From Octopus vulgaris (taxonomy: Eukaryota): a DNA stretch of 64,000 bases. The position numbers and the translations under genes are program-made. Shown here one piece after another: positions 1 through 13,072 of the stretch; the first letter of the stretch is position 1; every line of letters begins with the position of its first letter. The stretch is taken from positions 1,364,001-1,428,000 of the forward strand of contig OX597840.1 in the NCBI GenBank assembly GCA_951406725.2. The letters run 5' to 3'. Below the pieces are notes generated by a model. That model was not told the origin of the DNA and ran no database searches. It was given only the letters and a program-made list of their open reading frames with translations.

Positions 1-345
1 GCCACTCCTGTACCTATATCAACTTCCATCTAATAATGAAATAAACACCGAAGTGTTGCAATAATATATCTGGGCAAGCGAAAATAGGGTGTGCGATTGA
101 GAGATTGGCCGCATATAAAAATACATAACTAGAAATATACAGAGAGGTTCATAGATATACACTATGAAATATACGAACACGAATAAACATATCTCCTTAA
201 ATATATCTAATAACGTAAGCATAATTTTACTTTCTGTCTCTCTACCTATCTATGTCGGTCTATCTGTTTATGTGTCTATCAATTTATATATTTACACATA
301 CACACGTCCTGTCTGTCTGTCGGTCTGTATCTCTCTCTCTCTATA

Positions 346-401
<56 letters not shown>

Positions 402-816
402 CCATATATCAATGTATGCATATACATAGAAATGTACACACTCCGTTCCTTTTCTGTCTGGCTGTCTATCTAAATATCTCTAACTCTCTCACCCTCTCTC
501 TTTCTTACTCTCTCTCTCTCTTTCTTTATATCTATCTATCCTTCCATCTATTTATGCATCCAATCAAATCTCTCTCTGCATTTATCAAATTATACTCTTA
601 CACATACACACGTCCTCTCTCTCTCTGTCTCTGTCCTTCCCTCTCTTTCTTTTTCTCTCTCTCTTTCTCTTTCTATATACACGCACGCACACATATATAA
701 ACAGAAATGTATATATGTATACATACATACATATATATAATATATACATATACAGACGTGCGACCAGCTTATACACTCATACATGTATATATATGTATAT
801 GTCTATTAATGTGTGT

Positions 817-872
<56 letters not shown>

Positions 873-887
873 CTATATATACACATG

Positions 888-981
<94 letters not shown>

Positions 982-1540
982 AAAATATATATAGATATAT
1001 ATAGAGAAATATATAGAGAAATATATAGAGAAATATATAATAGAGATATATAGAGAGAAATATATATATATATATATATATATTTCTATAAAAATTCCAA
1101 AACACAGCAGAAAAATTACAGAACAGAGAAAACGGAGCAAAAAAAAATTATTCTCCTAATTCACATCGCATTTCTATATCAATTTGCTGTCGAAAATATT
1201 CCACAGCGGATAGACGCACCTACACATATACCTGATACAATATTTCAGTTAATACCTTCATCGAAGTACGTGTATGTGCGTATACATGTGCGTATATTGT
1301 ACTCAGTTGTACTCATATATGTGAAAATAAGCCAGAAAAACGTGTGAGAATCAAATTTTCAGCTTCAAATTTCGTAAACACCTGCTCTCTTACTAAATCT
1401 TTATCGCTGTTTTTCCCGCCAGACATGAAACTAAAGATCACTAATTTTAATTACAATACTATGCTAGGCCCATATACAAACATATATGTATACATATATA
1501 CATCTATATACATACATACATATGCATATATATATATATT

Positions 1541-1576
<36 letters not shown>

Positions 1577-1633
1577 CAGATATATATAGAGATATAGATA
1601 AAGATATGGCTATATATATACATACATATATAC

Positions 1634-1684
<51 letters not shown>

Positions 1685-1728
1685 TTATAGAGATGGAGAT
1701 ATGGTTACTGATAAATAGATCGTGTATA

Positions 1729-1778
<50 letters not shown>

Positions 1779-2378
1779 CAGAAAATATATTATATAGATT
1801 AAAAATATAAACTATCAAATATGTATATATATATACATATATACATAAATATACATATATATATATTTACATAACACACACACAAATATATATATATATA
1901 TATATAGGCCTAAAATAGGTACGCATCCACACTATAGGTTATGTATATACACATATGTATATATGCACATATAGACATACGGTACACTTGTGTGTATGCA
2001 CGTGTATATGACTTCACAAAAATTCGTACATATACGGATGCGCATATATATATATATATGAGTATGCACATATATATACATATATGAATGTGTGAGTGTG
2101 TGTGTGGGAGTGTGGGAGTATGTGTGTGTCTATGAATCTCCATAAATATACCATAAATTTCCATAGTTGTGTGTACACACACACACACGCACACACACAT
2201 ATATGTGTGTGTATATATATATATTTATTTATATATATATTTTTATATATATATATTTATTTATATATATATATATTTATATATATTTATATAGTTATTC
2301 ATATATATAGATATGAAATGCTGAAATATATATTGTGAATAATAAGTACATAGAATAATATAAAAATTGAAGAAAACA

Positions 2379-2417
<39 letters not shown>

Positions 2418-2691
2418 ATACACGGTGTGTATAAGTTGTACGCATGCAAACATGTAAGTGTGCGTGTTTGCTTCTGTGTAAGTATGTACAATGTGTATAT
2501 AATTATGTACGCGCACAGACACCCAATCATTACAATATATATTTTGTATTTATCTCAAAACGTGAAACAGAACCGTTTTATAAAGTATTTTTTTGTTACA
2601 TTCAAATTGCATATATTCTACTATCTTCGCTTGAGTCTGTGGGTGAATGTGTATATATAGAAACGCACATAACAATGTATGCATATATACT

Positions 2692-2752
<61 letters not shown>

Positions 2753-2826
2753 TCATATATATATATATAAAGTTTTCTTGAAATATATATATATATATGT
2801 AAATATATATATATAATATATTTATA

Positions 2827-2891
<65 letters not shown>

Positions 2892-3094
2892 GTATGTATG
2901 TATGTAAATGTATGTATAATCTTATTAATTCCTACCCGTGTATTCAACATTGTAAGTATTTACTTTGCACCAGCAAACCGATTGCTCTGAAATTCACTTA
3001 CTTGTAAACATGTTTATCATCGTTTCTCTTGATGTATGAATGTATGTATACATGTATACATGCACTCAGACATATATTTCTATCTATCTATCAT

Positions 3095-3128
<34 letters not shown>

Positions 3129-3304
3129 GCCTGTTTGTTTATCTATCTATCTATCTATCTGCCTGTTTGTTTATCTATCTATCTATCTATCTATCAATAT
3201 TTCTATCTATCTTTCTGTCTATCTATCTATCCATCTACCTACCTATCTATCTAACTATCTATCTAGTCATCTACCTATCTCCTTCTTTCTTTCTCGCTAT
3301 CTGT

Positions 3305-3335
<31 letters not shown>

Positions 3336-3454
3336 TATATATATACATATATAATGTTTTTACATATATATTTATATATGTAAGCATATATTCACGAATG
3401 TATGTATGAATATATATATATATATATATATATACTTATTTATTTATTTATATA

Positions 3455-3492
<38 letters not shown>

Positions 3493-3500
3493 AATAAAAC
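346..3500. repeat. Compound (TA)n/(CA)n/(GA)n/(TATC)n microsatellite field; the same pattern recurs across the window
   Basis: Directly visible di- and tetranucleotide runs; they explain the [12 protein letters not shown] ORFs. Confidence 0.97.
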
Positions 3501-3599
3501 TATATATGTATAAGTAGGTAAATTTATGTCTATTGGTATAGGGATATAAATTCACAATTGCTCATCGATACATACACACAAGCTTATATGCATATCTAC

Positions 3600-3659
<60 letters not shown>

Positions 3660-4289
3660 ATATCTATCTATCTATCTATTTATCTATCTATCTATTTATC
3701 TATCTGCCTATCTAACTATTTAACTGTCCGTCTCTCTCTCGCCTTCTCACTCTCTCTATACACACATATATATATAAACGTACATACATGCAGAAATATG
3801 TATATTTACACGTGTATTTGAGGCGATAAAGGGAATGACTGTAGGAGATAATGAGAGAGTCAATACGGAAGACAAAGATGTACAAAGGTAAGTTCGAACA
3901 TATCAGTCGCGCTTATTACATAACGTTCATGTAGAACACTTGCGAACGCCATCTTTTCACCCAATGTAACATGGCAATATCTCCAACGCTGCGCTAAAAT
4001 ATTCCCAAATCAAAGGTGGACCAAATTTTGACAGATTACAGAGCGTGGAACTTGTTCTGGATTGTATGTTAGAGAAACGCTCTTCAAATTCCCGACTCAA
4101 TTTTGATCTCATCTCAAATGTTTGGATCTCCTTGTTGGCAGATAACAAGTCGTCTGATCAATAGAATTTACATTTCACTGCAGTAAAATTTCCTTCCTTC
4201 GTGCACTCTGTATAGTATATCTCGTTAGCTCAGTTGATAATTCGTAGTATTTTAGGAAAACATACTTAGTAATGTGAAGTATATTTGCC

Positions 4290-5476
4290 ATCTAAATATG
4301 GCTAACCACTGAGGGTAGATGTTACTGTAGCTTGTAGCCCCAGGAGAACATCTTCTCCAGCTAGCTATTAACATACTTTCTGTGCCCTATCAGTATTTGC
4401 AAAGGGAGGTCATCCTTCCCTCGTAAACCTAAGTGATACGCACAGACTGCAGTTTCTGGGTATTGATCCGTCGTCAGCGCACAACAATCACCGGTTTTCG
4501 ATGGAAGGACCCCAATGCAAATACATATATCCTTTTTCCAGTGACGTAATATGCTCAGTCTTTAGTGTATTGTGAGACCTACTGTTCCTTCTCGCTGAAT
4601 GGTCTCTCATGTGCTTCTAAATGGGGAAGGCAGCCTTCGTCAAAGTCTCTCCTGTGTTCCGTAGACGTCCATTTGCGTATTTAGTGACTAATCCATCATA
4701 GGCTAGTTAAAATCCACCTTATATCGTCCGTAGAGTATCTCTTGTGCTAAAAAGAATCATACTTGATTCCTCTGTAGACACTAGTTTCGCAATCGAGGGA
4801 AGGATTTACCAAACGTTGGTCCCAAACGGTTTGGATACTCAGTAGAGTAAGGCGGCGAGCTGGCAGAAACGTTAGCACGCCGGGCGAAATGCTTAGCGGT
4901 ATTTCGTCTGCGTTACGTTGTGAGTTCGAATTCCGCCTAGGTCGACTTTGTCTTTCATCCTTTCGGGGTCGATAAATCAAGTACCAGTTACGCACTGGGG
5001 TCGATGTAATCGACTTAATACCTATGTTTGTCCTTGTTTGTCCCCTCTGTGTTTAGCCCCTTGTGGGTAATAAAGAATTAGGTTTGGATACTCAGTAGAA
5101 TATTGCTTTCTGTCCAGTAATATCTCAGAGAATCTCTTGAAAGAAGAATACATCCTATGCTAGGTGGAATTTGTCATCCGTACATGATAGATTTGTACTC
5201 AATGAAATCTCTACTGTGAGCTATGCAGAGGTTCATGTCTCTGTTTAGGAGCGTATCCATTACATACTACGCCGAGGCCGCCCTGTACGTTCTTCAAGAG
5301 AATACTTTGTGCTCAGTAAAACCCGCCTCTTCATGTGCGTTGAGGGCGTTTCTCTTTTGTTTAAGCGAAAATACGTCATGCTAGTTCGAAACCGTCTTGT
5401 ATACGCCATAAAGATTTGCTGTGTGATCAACCAGTCTGTCAAATGTATTCTGTAGATGCCTATTTGTCTCTTCGGA
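4290..5476 (-). mobile_element. Decayed Penelope-like element remnant, interrupted by a SINE
   Basis: Minus strand has a hammerhead-like motif CTGACGA..GAAA-CTGCAG-TC at ~4440-4482. A decayed YIGQTGRS-like GIY-YIG motif (tac att tga cag act ggt tga tca) lies at 5424-5447. Confidence 0.4.
4847..5080 (+). mobile_element. tRNA-headed SINE family M (Meta/MESC-core-like), full length with 19-bp TSD
   Basis: Head GGCGGCGAGCTGGCAGAA with B-box-like GTTCGAATTC; core CTTTCATCCTTTCGGGGTCGATAAA; flanked by GGTTTGGATACTCAGTAGA at 4828-4846 and 5081-5099. Confidence 0.9.
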
Positions 5477-5652
5477 GACACGTAGCTTCGTGGTTAGGGT
5501 GTTAGACTCATGATCTTAATATCAAGGTTTCGATTCCTGGACCGGGCGATACATTGTGTTCTTGAGCAAAACACTTCATGCCATATGTCCACTCAGCTGG
5601 CAAAAATGAGTAATCCCGTGACTGACCGGTGTCATGTCCAGGTGGTGAATGT
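5477..5652 (+). mobile_element. CORE-like SINE family S2, degenerate
   Basis: GTGGTTAGGGTG..GTTTCGATTCC..TTGTGTTCTTGAGCAAAACACTT..CCACTCAGCTGG, matching 11349-11597. Confidence 0.75.
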
Positions 5653-5659
5653 AATGAGT

Positions 5660-5960
5660 AGTTAGTCGAAAGACACCTGTTATTAATGTCCTGTTATTTC
5701 CATTTGAATTTGTGTAACATTTCTGCGTTTTTTTTTTGTATACATTCACTGATTTCTTCCAACGAATCTAGTGCGCTATACTTAGATTTGGGGCTAGCCA
5801 GATTGGAGCAATCCCGAGTATAACCAGCTGAAATTGCGAAGATAACCTAGAACTTGACTGAAGAAAGAAAACTCCGAATGACCCATCCTTGTATTTTCTT
5901 GTCTCTTTTTCGTATCATGTGTCTGGATGTTTTGCGTTCTTGTCCCATTTATGCACACCT
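5660..5960 (+). repeat. Unclassified interspersed repeat; reverse copy at ~55897-56040
   Basis: TAGTCGAAAGACACCTGTTATT..GAATCTAGTG..CTTAGATTT matches the reverse complement of 55897-56035. Confidence 0.6.
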
Positions 5961-6224
5961 TTATATATATATAGGCTTCCACACAGTCTCCGTCTGACGA
6001 ATTCGCACAATGACATGTATAACATCTTTATGTGCATCTGTATGGCGTATTGATTGTATCGGTATCACATCTGTATAACGTCAAGTTATAAAGATGTTAG
6101 ATATAGGAATTTATTGCAATTTATTTGATAGGTGCGTCGTAAATAGCAGTTAGGTACATTGGAGCATATTATATGTCACTATAGATATATGCATATGTGC
6201 ATGTATAATATCTTTATATATATA

Positions 6225-6332
<108 letters not shown>

Positions 6333-6579
6333 CATCCATACATATATATATATGTATGTAGATAAATATATATGCGTACATACATATGTATGTATATATA
6401 TATATACCCACATATGTATGTATATATATATATATATTCATACATATGAGAATGTATATATATGTACACATAGAGACACACACACACACATATATATATA
6501 TACATATATATACATACATATACACATATATATATATATAAATATATATACTTACATATATACATATATATATATATAT

Positions 6580-6630
<51 letters not shown>

Positions 6631-7192
6631 TATATATGTATGTATATATATGCGTGTGTGTTATGTGTTTGTAGATGCGTGCGCATGCGTGTGTGTGTGT
6701 GTGTGTGAACGCGTTTGTGTGAGTGCGTGCGTGTGTATGTGTAAACACTTAAGCTGAGAGTAAACGTTAATTATATTCTTATCTGCTTCGCCATATTTAT
6801 CTTGTTTCCTATCTGTCCCTCTCTGGCTCTCAGTCGTATCTCTCATTTTCTCACCCTCTTAGTCTCTCCCTCTCTCCACCTCTCTCTGTCTCTCCATATA
6901 TATTAACACACAAATATATATATAAAGAAATTCACATATTACATGCTTACGTATAGGTTGTGTGCTTGTGTAAACGCGACTCCGTTTATTACACTTATAC
7001 ACAAATACACATATATACTTTAATTTATACTAATGCGATCTGTTATTAATTTTTTTTTTGCTGATGTCTTCGTCAACAATAAGCCTTCATATAAAGTAGA
7101 GATAAATGAGAAGATATTATCAGAAAACTCTCAACAACAACAGCAACAATAATATTGATAACAACACCAACAACAACAACAACAACAACAAA

Positions 7193-7256
<64 letters not shown>

Positions 7257-7257
<1 letters not shown>

Positions 7258-7447
7258 GTAATCTCAAGGTTTAAAACAAAGATAATTTTTTTTTAGACAT
7301 CCACTAGTACAACGCCAAAAAAAAAACAACCAAATATATGGCACACTAGGCATAACAACAACGTGAACTTCCAACCTGTTGTCTCTTGAGGTCTATGGGT
7401 GAGACTTGGAGCCAACTTGTACAAATATGAAGCAAAAGTCAAACATA

Positions 7448-7448
<1 letters not shown>
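7257..7448 (+). mobile_element. R4/Dong non-LTR 3'UTR-only copy (subfamily B) in (AAT)n
   Basis: Homologous to 9972-10163, the UTR after a Dong-like ORF stop; (AAT)n on both sides. Confidence 0.85.
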
Positions 7449-7517
<69 letters not shown>

Positions 7518-7518
<1 letters not shown>

Positions 7519-7712
7519 TGTAAACACAAGGTTTAAAACAAACATATTTTTTTCTTTTTAGACATCCACTAGTACAATACTAAAAAAAAAAAATCAAATA
7601 TATGGCACACTAGGCATAACAACAACGTGAACTTCCAACCTGTTGTCTCTTGAGGTCTCTGGGTGAGACTTGGGGCCAGTTTGTACAAATATAAAGCAAA
7701 AGTCAAACATAG
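7518..7712 (+). mobile_element. Second R4/Dong 3'UTR-only copy (subfamily B) in (AAT)n
   Basis: Homologous to 7257-7448 and 9972-10163; followed by AAT repeats. Confidence 0.85.
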
Positions 7713-7730
7713 AATAATAATAATGATCAT

Positions 7731-8019
7731 AATTCACCTCTGGAAACATGGCAGTTTCGTTCAACATCTTTAAACAACCCTTATTCAAGGGATTTTTTTG
7801 AGCGGGATGGGTTACTCGACCAGAAGAAAATTATAACTTGGTCCCACCTGCGAGATCATGCGCTGTTTATCTTGATATGAGATCACCATGTCGCGCACGT
7901 ATGGTTGTGATGCATGTGCCTAATGTACCCTTATCAGACAGGTAGTCATGATGGGTATACTGAGCTTCTTATATTTGTACTCCAGTGTCACTTTGATGGC
8001 ATGAACTGCTCTCTCACTC
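7731..8019 (+). mobile_element. AAT-targeting retroelement 3' end (subfamily C), 5'-truncated
   Basis: Close match to 21967-22252; ends CTCTCTCACTC followed by (AAT)n. Confidence 0.8.
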
Positions 8020-8053
<34 letters not shown>

Positions 8054-8083
8054 TAGATATGATAGATAATAATAATAGATACG

Positions 8084-9640
8084 AAATTTGGATTAGAAAA
8101 ATGCGCCAAATTAATCATGAAAAGAGGAAAACTAGTTAAGAGTAGCAACATCACACTAGATAAAACCAATGAAATAAAAGAATTAGACCAAAGCCAAACT
8201 TACAAATACTTAGGAATCCATGAACTAGATAAGACACAACACACACAAAGGAAAGAGAAAATAAAAAAGAATATTATAGACGAGTTAGATCAATACTAAA
8301 ACAGAGCTCAATGCTAAAAACAAGATAATAGGTATTAACACTTTAGCTATCCAAGTTATAAGTTACAGCTACAATATCCTTAACTGGACACTAAATGAAC
8401 TGACCAAAATTGATAGGAAAACAAGAAAAATAATGACAGGATCTAGGATGCATCACCCAAAATCTGACATAGAAAGACTATATATACAACGTATAGAAGG
8501 TGGTAGAGGCCTTATACAACTGGAAAACTACTATAAAATAACCAGCATAGGACTGCAAAAATATCTACTTCAGACGGAAGGAAAACTGATACAAATAGCG
8601 GCAAAACACGAGCAAAACAAAAAACTGTTCTCAGTATTTAAGGAAGCTGACAAATACAAACAAGAAATCATACCACCTAATAAATATGAAGAAGAAGAAG
8701 AAGAAGAAGATGAAGAAACAACAAAAGCTATAAAACAAATGAAATCCAAACTAAAAATAGAACAGCAACGAACCATGATAAAACGATGGCAAGAAAAGCC
8801 CCTTCATGGTAAAAACTGGACTAAACTAAACGCAAAAGAAATAGACAAAGAAAAATCCCAGCAATGGTTGAGAAGCTCAAAGCAGAAACAGAGGGATTTT
8901 TAATTGCAGCACAAGACCAAAGCCTCCCCACCATAAATTACCAAAAACATGTAATGAAAAGTAATATAACAAGTAACTGCAGAATATGTGGAGATGGACA
9001 AGAAACAATAAATCATATTATCTCTGGCTGCCCAGTCCTGGCTAAGAAGGAATATATTCACAGACATGACAGAGTTGGAACCTACATACATTGGAAGCTA
9101 TGCCAACATTATGGAATAACAACTGAAAAAAGATGGTATAGGCACACACCAGAAAAGGTCACAGAAAACGAGAAAGCAACCATATTCTGGGATATGCCGA
9201 TACACACAGATAGAGAAATTAAGGCCAACAGACCAGATATAGTTGTCAGAGATCATGAAAAAAAACATGCTTTCTAATTGATGTATCAATACCGGCAGAT
9301 GACAACGTGTCTCTAAAAGAAATGGAGAAACTCTCAAAATACAAAGACCTGGAAATAGAGGTAACCAGAATGTGGAATCTGAAAACAGAAACAATTCATA
9401 TCATAGTAGGTGCATTAGGCGTGATAAAAAAATATTCAGACACATACATAACAAAAACACCAGGACTTACAAACACATATAACTTACAGAAAATTGCACT
9501 ACTAGGCACTGCACACATCCTACGCAGAACACTTTCCATACAATAACCATCAGAGCATCACAACAAATCACAGCACATACCCAAGGCACACAGAGCTGCA
9601 CTCGGTAGTGAAGTGAAAGCACGCTATAAAAATAAAACTA

Positions 9641-9643
<3 letters not shown>
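8084..9643 (+). mobile_element. R4/Dong-clade non-LTR retrotransposon, 5'-truncated and frameshifted (end of RT, CCHC knuckle, restriction-like endonuclease, 3'UTR)
   Basis: Translates across frameshifts to KFGLEKC..YKYLG..RLY..GGRGL..KPLHG..AAQDQ..CRIC..ETINHIISGC..RHD..RPDIV..ID..EKLSKYKDL..LGTAHILRRTLSIQ*; flanked by (AAT)n. Confidence 0.95.
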
Positions 9644-9672
<29 letters not shown>

Positions 9673-9755
9673 GATTGGAACTTCATATTGTTATTATGCC
9701 TAGTGTGCCATATATTTGGTTTTGTATTTAGTGTTGTAATAGTAAATGGCTAAAA

Positions 9756-10162
9756 AAAAAACTGAGCAAATATAAATATCTTGAAATAGAAATCAGCAAA
9801 ATGTGGAACCTGAAGACTAAAACAATAGCTGTTGTCATAGGTGCCCTGGGATTGATAGCAAAAGAGGCTGATCGATACCTAACTCAGATACCAGGAAACC
9901 CCAAAATGGCAGAAATTCAAAAGATAGTGCTCATGGGAACTGCTCATATCCTACGCAAAATACTTTCTATGTAACTTCAAGTTTTAAAACAAACATAACG
10001 TTGCTTTTTTTTAAGCATTCACTAGTAGAACACTAAATACAAAACCAAATATATGGCACACTAGGCATAACAACAATACGAACTTCCAACCTGTTGCCTC
10101 TTGAGGTCTCTGGGTGAGACTTGGAGCCAACTTGTAAAAATATAAAGCAAAAGTCAAACGTA

Positions 10163-10163
<1 letters not shown>
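9756..10163 (+). mobile_element. R4/Dong 3' fragment (subfamily B): endonuclease C-terminus plus 3'UTR
   Basis: KLSKYKYLEIEISKMWNLKTKTIAVVIGALG..LMGTAHILRKILSM* (stop 9972-9974), then UTR, then (AAT)n 10164-10259. Confidence 0.92.
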
Positions 10164-10259
<96 letters not shown>

Positions 10260-10261
<2 letters not shown>

Positions 10262-10620
10262 TACTCCACTCCGCATGGTATTACATGGTTAGTTCCACCG
10301 TAAAACTGACAAATTAAAATACCAGAAAACGTCATCGACGTAGAGGTAAGGGTGAACTAAAAAGGGTAAAGGTGACTGAAAGCTTGATCATCATTGTCGA
10401 GGAACCAGCATCACTGACCAGGAACAGGGAAAATGGATATATATACCCCACGATTGCAAAGAGCCTCTGCAATATGTGTAACAAGAGGGTCGAAAGCGTG
10501 ATTTTACATTGTTAACGTTTGTGAAATTCTTTCACGGAAAAAATAAAAGCGCTGGCACGCCAAGGTAATGAAAAACCTTTATTATGGTTATTATGCCGAA
10601 AGTATGGATATGAGGTAACG
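10260..10620 (+). mobile_element. Old decayed R4/Dong fragment (zinc-knuckle region)
   Basis: Broken frames read LHG*F..TESLII..TR..LCNMC..ESV..HIV..C..WLLCRKYGYE, colinear with the 8.8-9.1 kb region. Confidence 0.6.
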
Positions 10621-11139
10621 GGTTCCAAATACTTAAATGTACGTTGGGAAATTATCTTAACCTGATTTGCCTTCCGTTGATTTCTGTAGCTATCATCAGT
10701 GATTTGGGCAATTTAAATAAGAGTTTTGACTGTTATTTCCAGCAGGTAGACATACTTAGTATGTCCTTTGATTAATTTTAATGAGGATGACAGAAAGTAA
10801 TAGGTAAGTTCTTTGAGAGCTCAAGGTGGAATGCCACTATAGTTACTGTTATAGCTGAAGTCACATGTTATTTTGTGAACGCCTTTCAAAAGCGACTAGA
10901 AATTGCTTCTCCCTGCGCAGGTGTATAGAGATTAAAACAGAAACGAAGCGGCAACCAGTTCGGTAAGACTTCAAAACGACATATAATTTAACTAGATAAT
11001 AATACGCTTTGTTATTATATTATATTATATGATATTATATTATATCATTATGCAGCTAAATTATATGTCCTTGTCAAGTCATACCAAATTCCTTGCCTCT
11101 TCGTCTGTTTCAATCTATATTTATATGTAGCTATGTCCA

Positions 11140-11248
<109 letters not shown>

Positions 11249-11274
11249 TATATATATATACATATATATGTATG

Positions 11275-11328
<54 letters not shown>

Positions 11329-11348
11329 TAGATAGATAGATAGGTGGT

Positions 11349-11597
11349 GGCGCGTGGCTAAGTGGTTAGGGTGTCAACATCATGATCGTAAGATTGTTGT
11401 TTCGATTCCTGGGCCGGGCGACGCGTTGTGTTCTTGAGCAGACACTTCATATCACGTTGCTCCAGTCGACACAGCTGGTAAAGATGAGCAACGCTGCGAT
11501 GGATTGCCGTCCAGTCCGGCTGGGGTACATATACGCCGTAGAAACGGGGAAACCGGGTCCATGATGAGACTCGCTAGTCTTTAAAAGGGCACATTTA
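11349..11597 (+). mobile_element. CORE-like SINE family S2
   Basis: A-box TGGCTAAGTGG, B-box-like GTTTCGATTCC, core TTGTGTTCTTGAGCAGACACTT..TTGCTCCAGT, tail GAAACGGGGAAACCGGG..TTTAAAAGGGC. Confidence 0.85.
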
Positions 11598-11618
11598 TTA
11601 TTTAGTATATATATATAC

Positions 11619-11830
11619 TTTAAATAATGAGGGTGATAAATTGAATATTAATTTAATTAACATCAATTTAAAACCAGTGGCCTCGTATATAGAAAAATCT
11701 GAAAATTCAGAAAAAATAGATCACCTACCATCTAAGCACAAAGGAAAAGTATGCCCTCTAGAAAAAACACTGGTGTTTGCTGAATTTTTTCTAGAGAATA
11801 TTTTAGAGAATATTTCTAGAGAATATTCTT
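11619..11830. mobile_element. Rearranged fragment of the Penelope-like family found at 34533-35178
   Basis: 11619-11680 matches the reverse complement of 34593-34655; 11770-11803 matches 34984-35018 in direct orientation. Confidence 0.6.
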
Positions 11831-11835
11831 CGTGT

Positions 11836-12172
11836 GAAGGCGCACGGCTCAGTGGCTAGAGCGTCGAGATTACGATCATGAGGTTGTGAGTTCGAATTCC
11901 GGGCCGGACTGCGTGTTGTGTTCTTGAGCCAGACACTTTATTTCACGTTGCTCCAGTTCACTCAGCTGTAGAAATGAGTTGCGACGTCACTGGTACCAAA
12001 CATTATCGGCCCTTGCCTTTTCCTTGGAGAACACTGTTGGCATGCATAGGGGAGGCCGGTATGCATGGGCGACTGCTGGCCTTCCATAAACAACCTTGCC
12101 CAGACTTGTACATGGGAGGGTAACTTTCTAGGTGCAATCCCATGGTATGTGTCGTGACCGAAGGAGATCTCA
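11836..12172 (+). mobile_element. CORE-like SINE family S3 (same head and core type, different tail)
   Basis: GGCTCAGTGGCTAGAGCG..GAGTTCGAATTCC..GTTGTGTTCTTGAGCCAGACACTT..CACTCAGCTGTAGAAATGAG, then a distinct ~200-bp tail. Confidence 0.8.
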
Positions 12173-12430
12173 GATATTTTATACATACATACATACATAT
12201 ATTCTCCAGCATAAGTGTATACATGTTTTTGTCTGTATCTGTGTTCTAGTGGATTTGTGTGTGAGTACTATGTGTGCTCTGCTTCCAAGCATTTTTCTAA
12301 CACAAGCGCAGAAGAATGTGAAATACATACATACATGCATACACATATATACATATATGAGTGCGTGTAAGTGTGTATATGCATATATATCCACATGTAT
12401 ATACATACATACATATACATATATATATCT

Positions 12431-12482
<52 letters not shown>

Positions 12483-13032
12483 CTAAATCTAGTCCTTATT
12501 ATATTTTGCTAATCCATTTAAAAGAGGAACAAGGTACATCTTCGCTGCATAACGATTCTAAATGTAAGCCGTTATCTCTACTAAAAATCTAAAGGAAAAT
12601 GAGACACTCGAAGTCAGCACAACCTGTCAAAGTGTTACACATGCTATCAGGCATTTAAACCGAAACCGACCGTAAGAAAACGAAGGCAAATAATAACAAT
12701 ATGAAGATATGTCACAAGTCAAGTGAGCGCCATGATTAGTCTGCCATCTTGGTTTTTTTAATTTATTTCCGCAATCAATTTTCGCGTACGGATAACGTTC
12801 TACCTTTTGCGTGACAACTACTCGCACAACCGGGAATTCGATTAGAGTTTTCAGTATTGTGGCGAAAAAAATATTATACATACATATATGTATACATCGC
12901 TCAAGCTATTTATCTACGTTTCTATCTCGGTATGTATCTATCCTTTAAGTTTCTAACTATTTACCTAGCTAGCTAGCAATTGCTCTCTTCCTCTCTCTCT
13001 CTCTTTCTCTCTCTCTCTGTATATATGTGTGT

Positions 13033-13072
<40 letters not shown>

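Noticed and set aside
3957-4148. 63-aa minus ORF (..KLSREFEERFSN..) as a host exon or transposase/copia remnant
   Set aside because: Only a vague resemblance, with no supporting motif or splice context; a database search would be needed.
7190-10260. CRISPR-like repeat-spacer array
   Set aside because: The repeats are variable-length AAT microsatellites and the spacers are retrotransposon ends; eukaryotic context, no cas genes.
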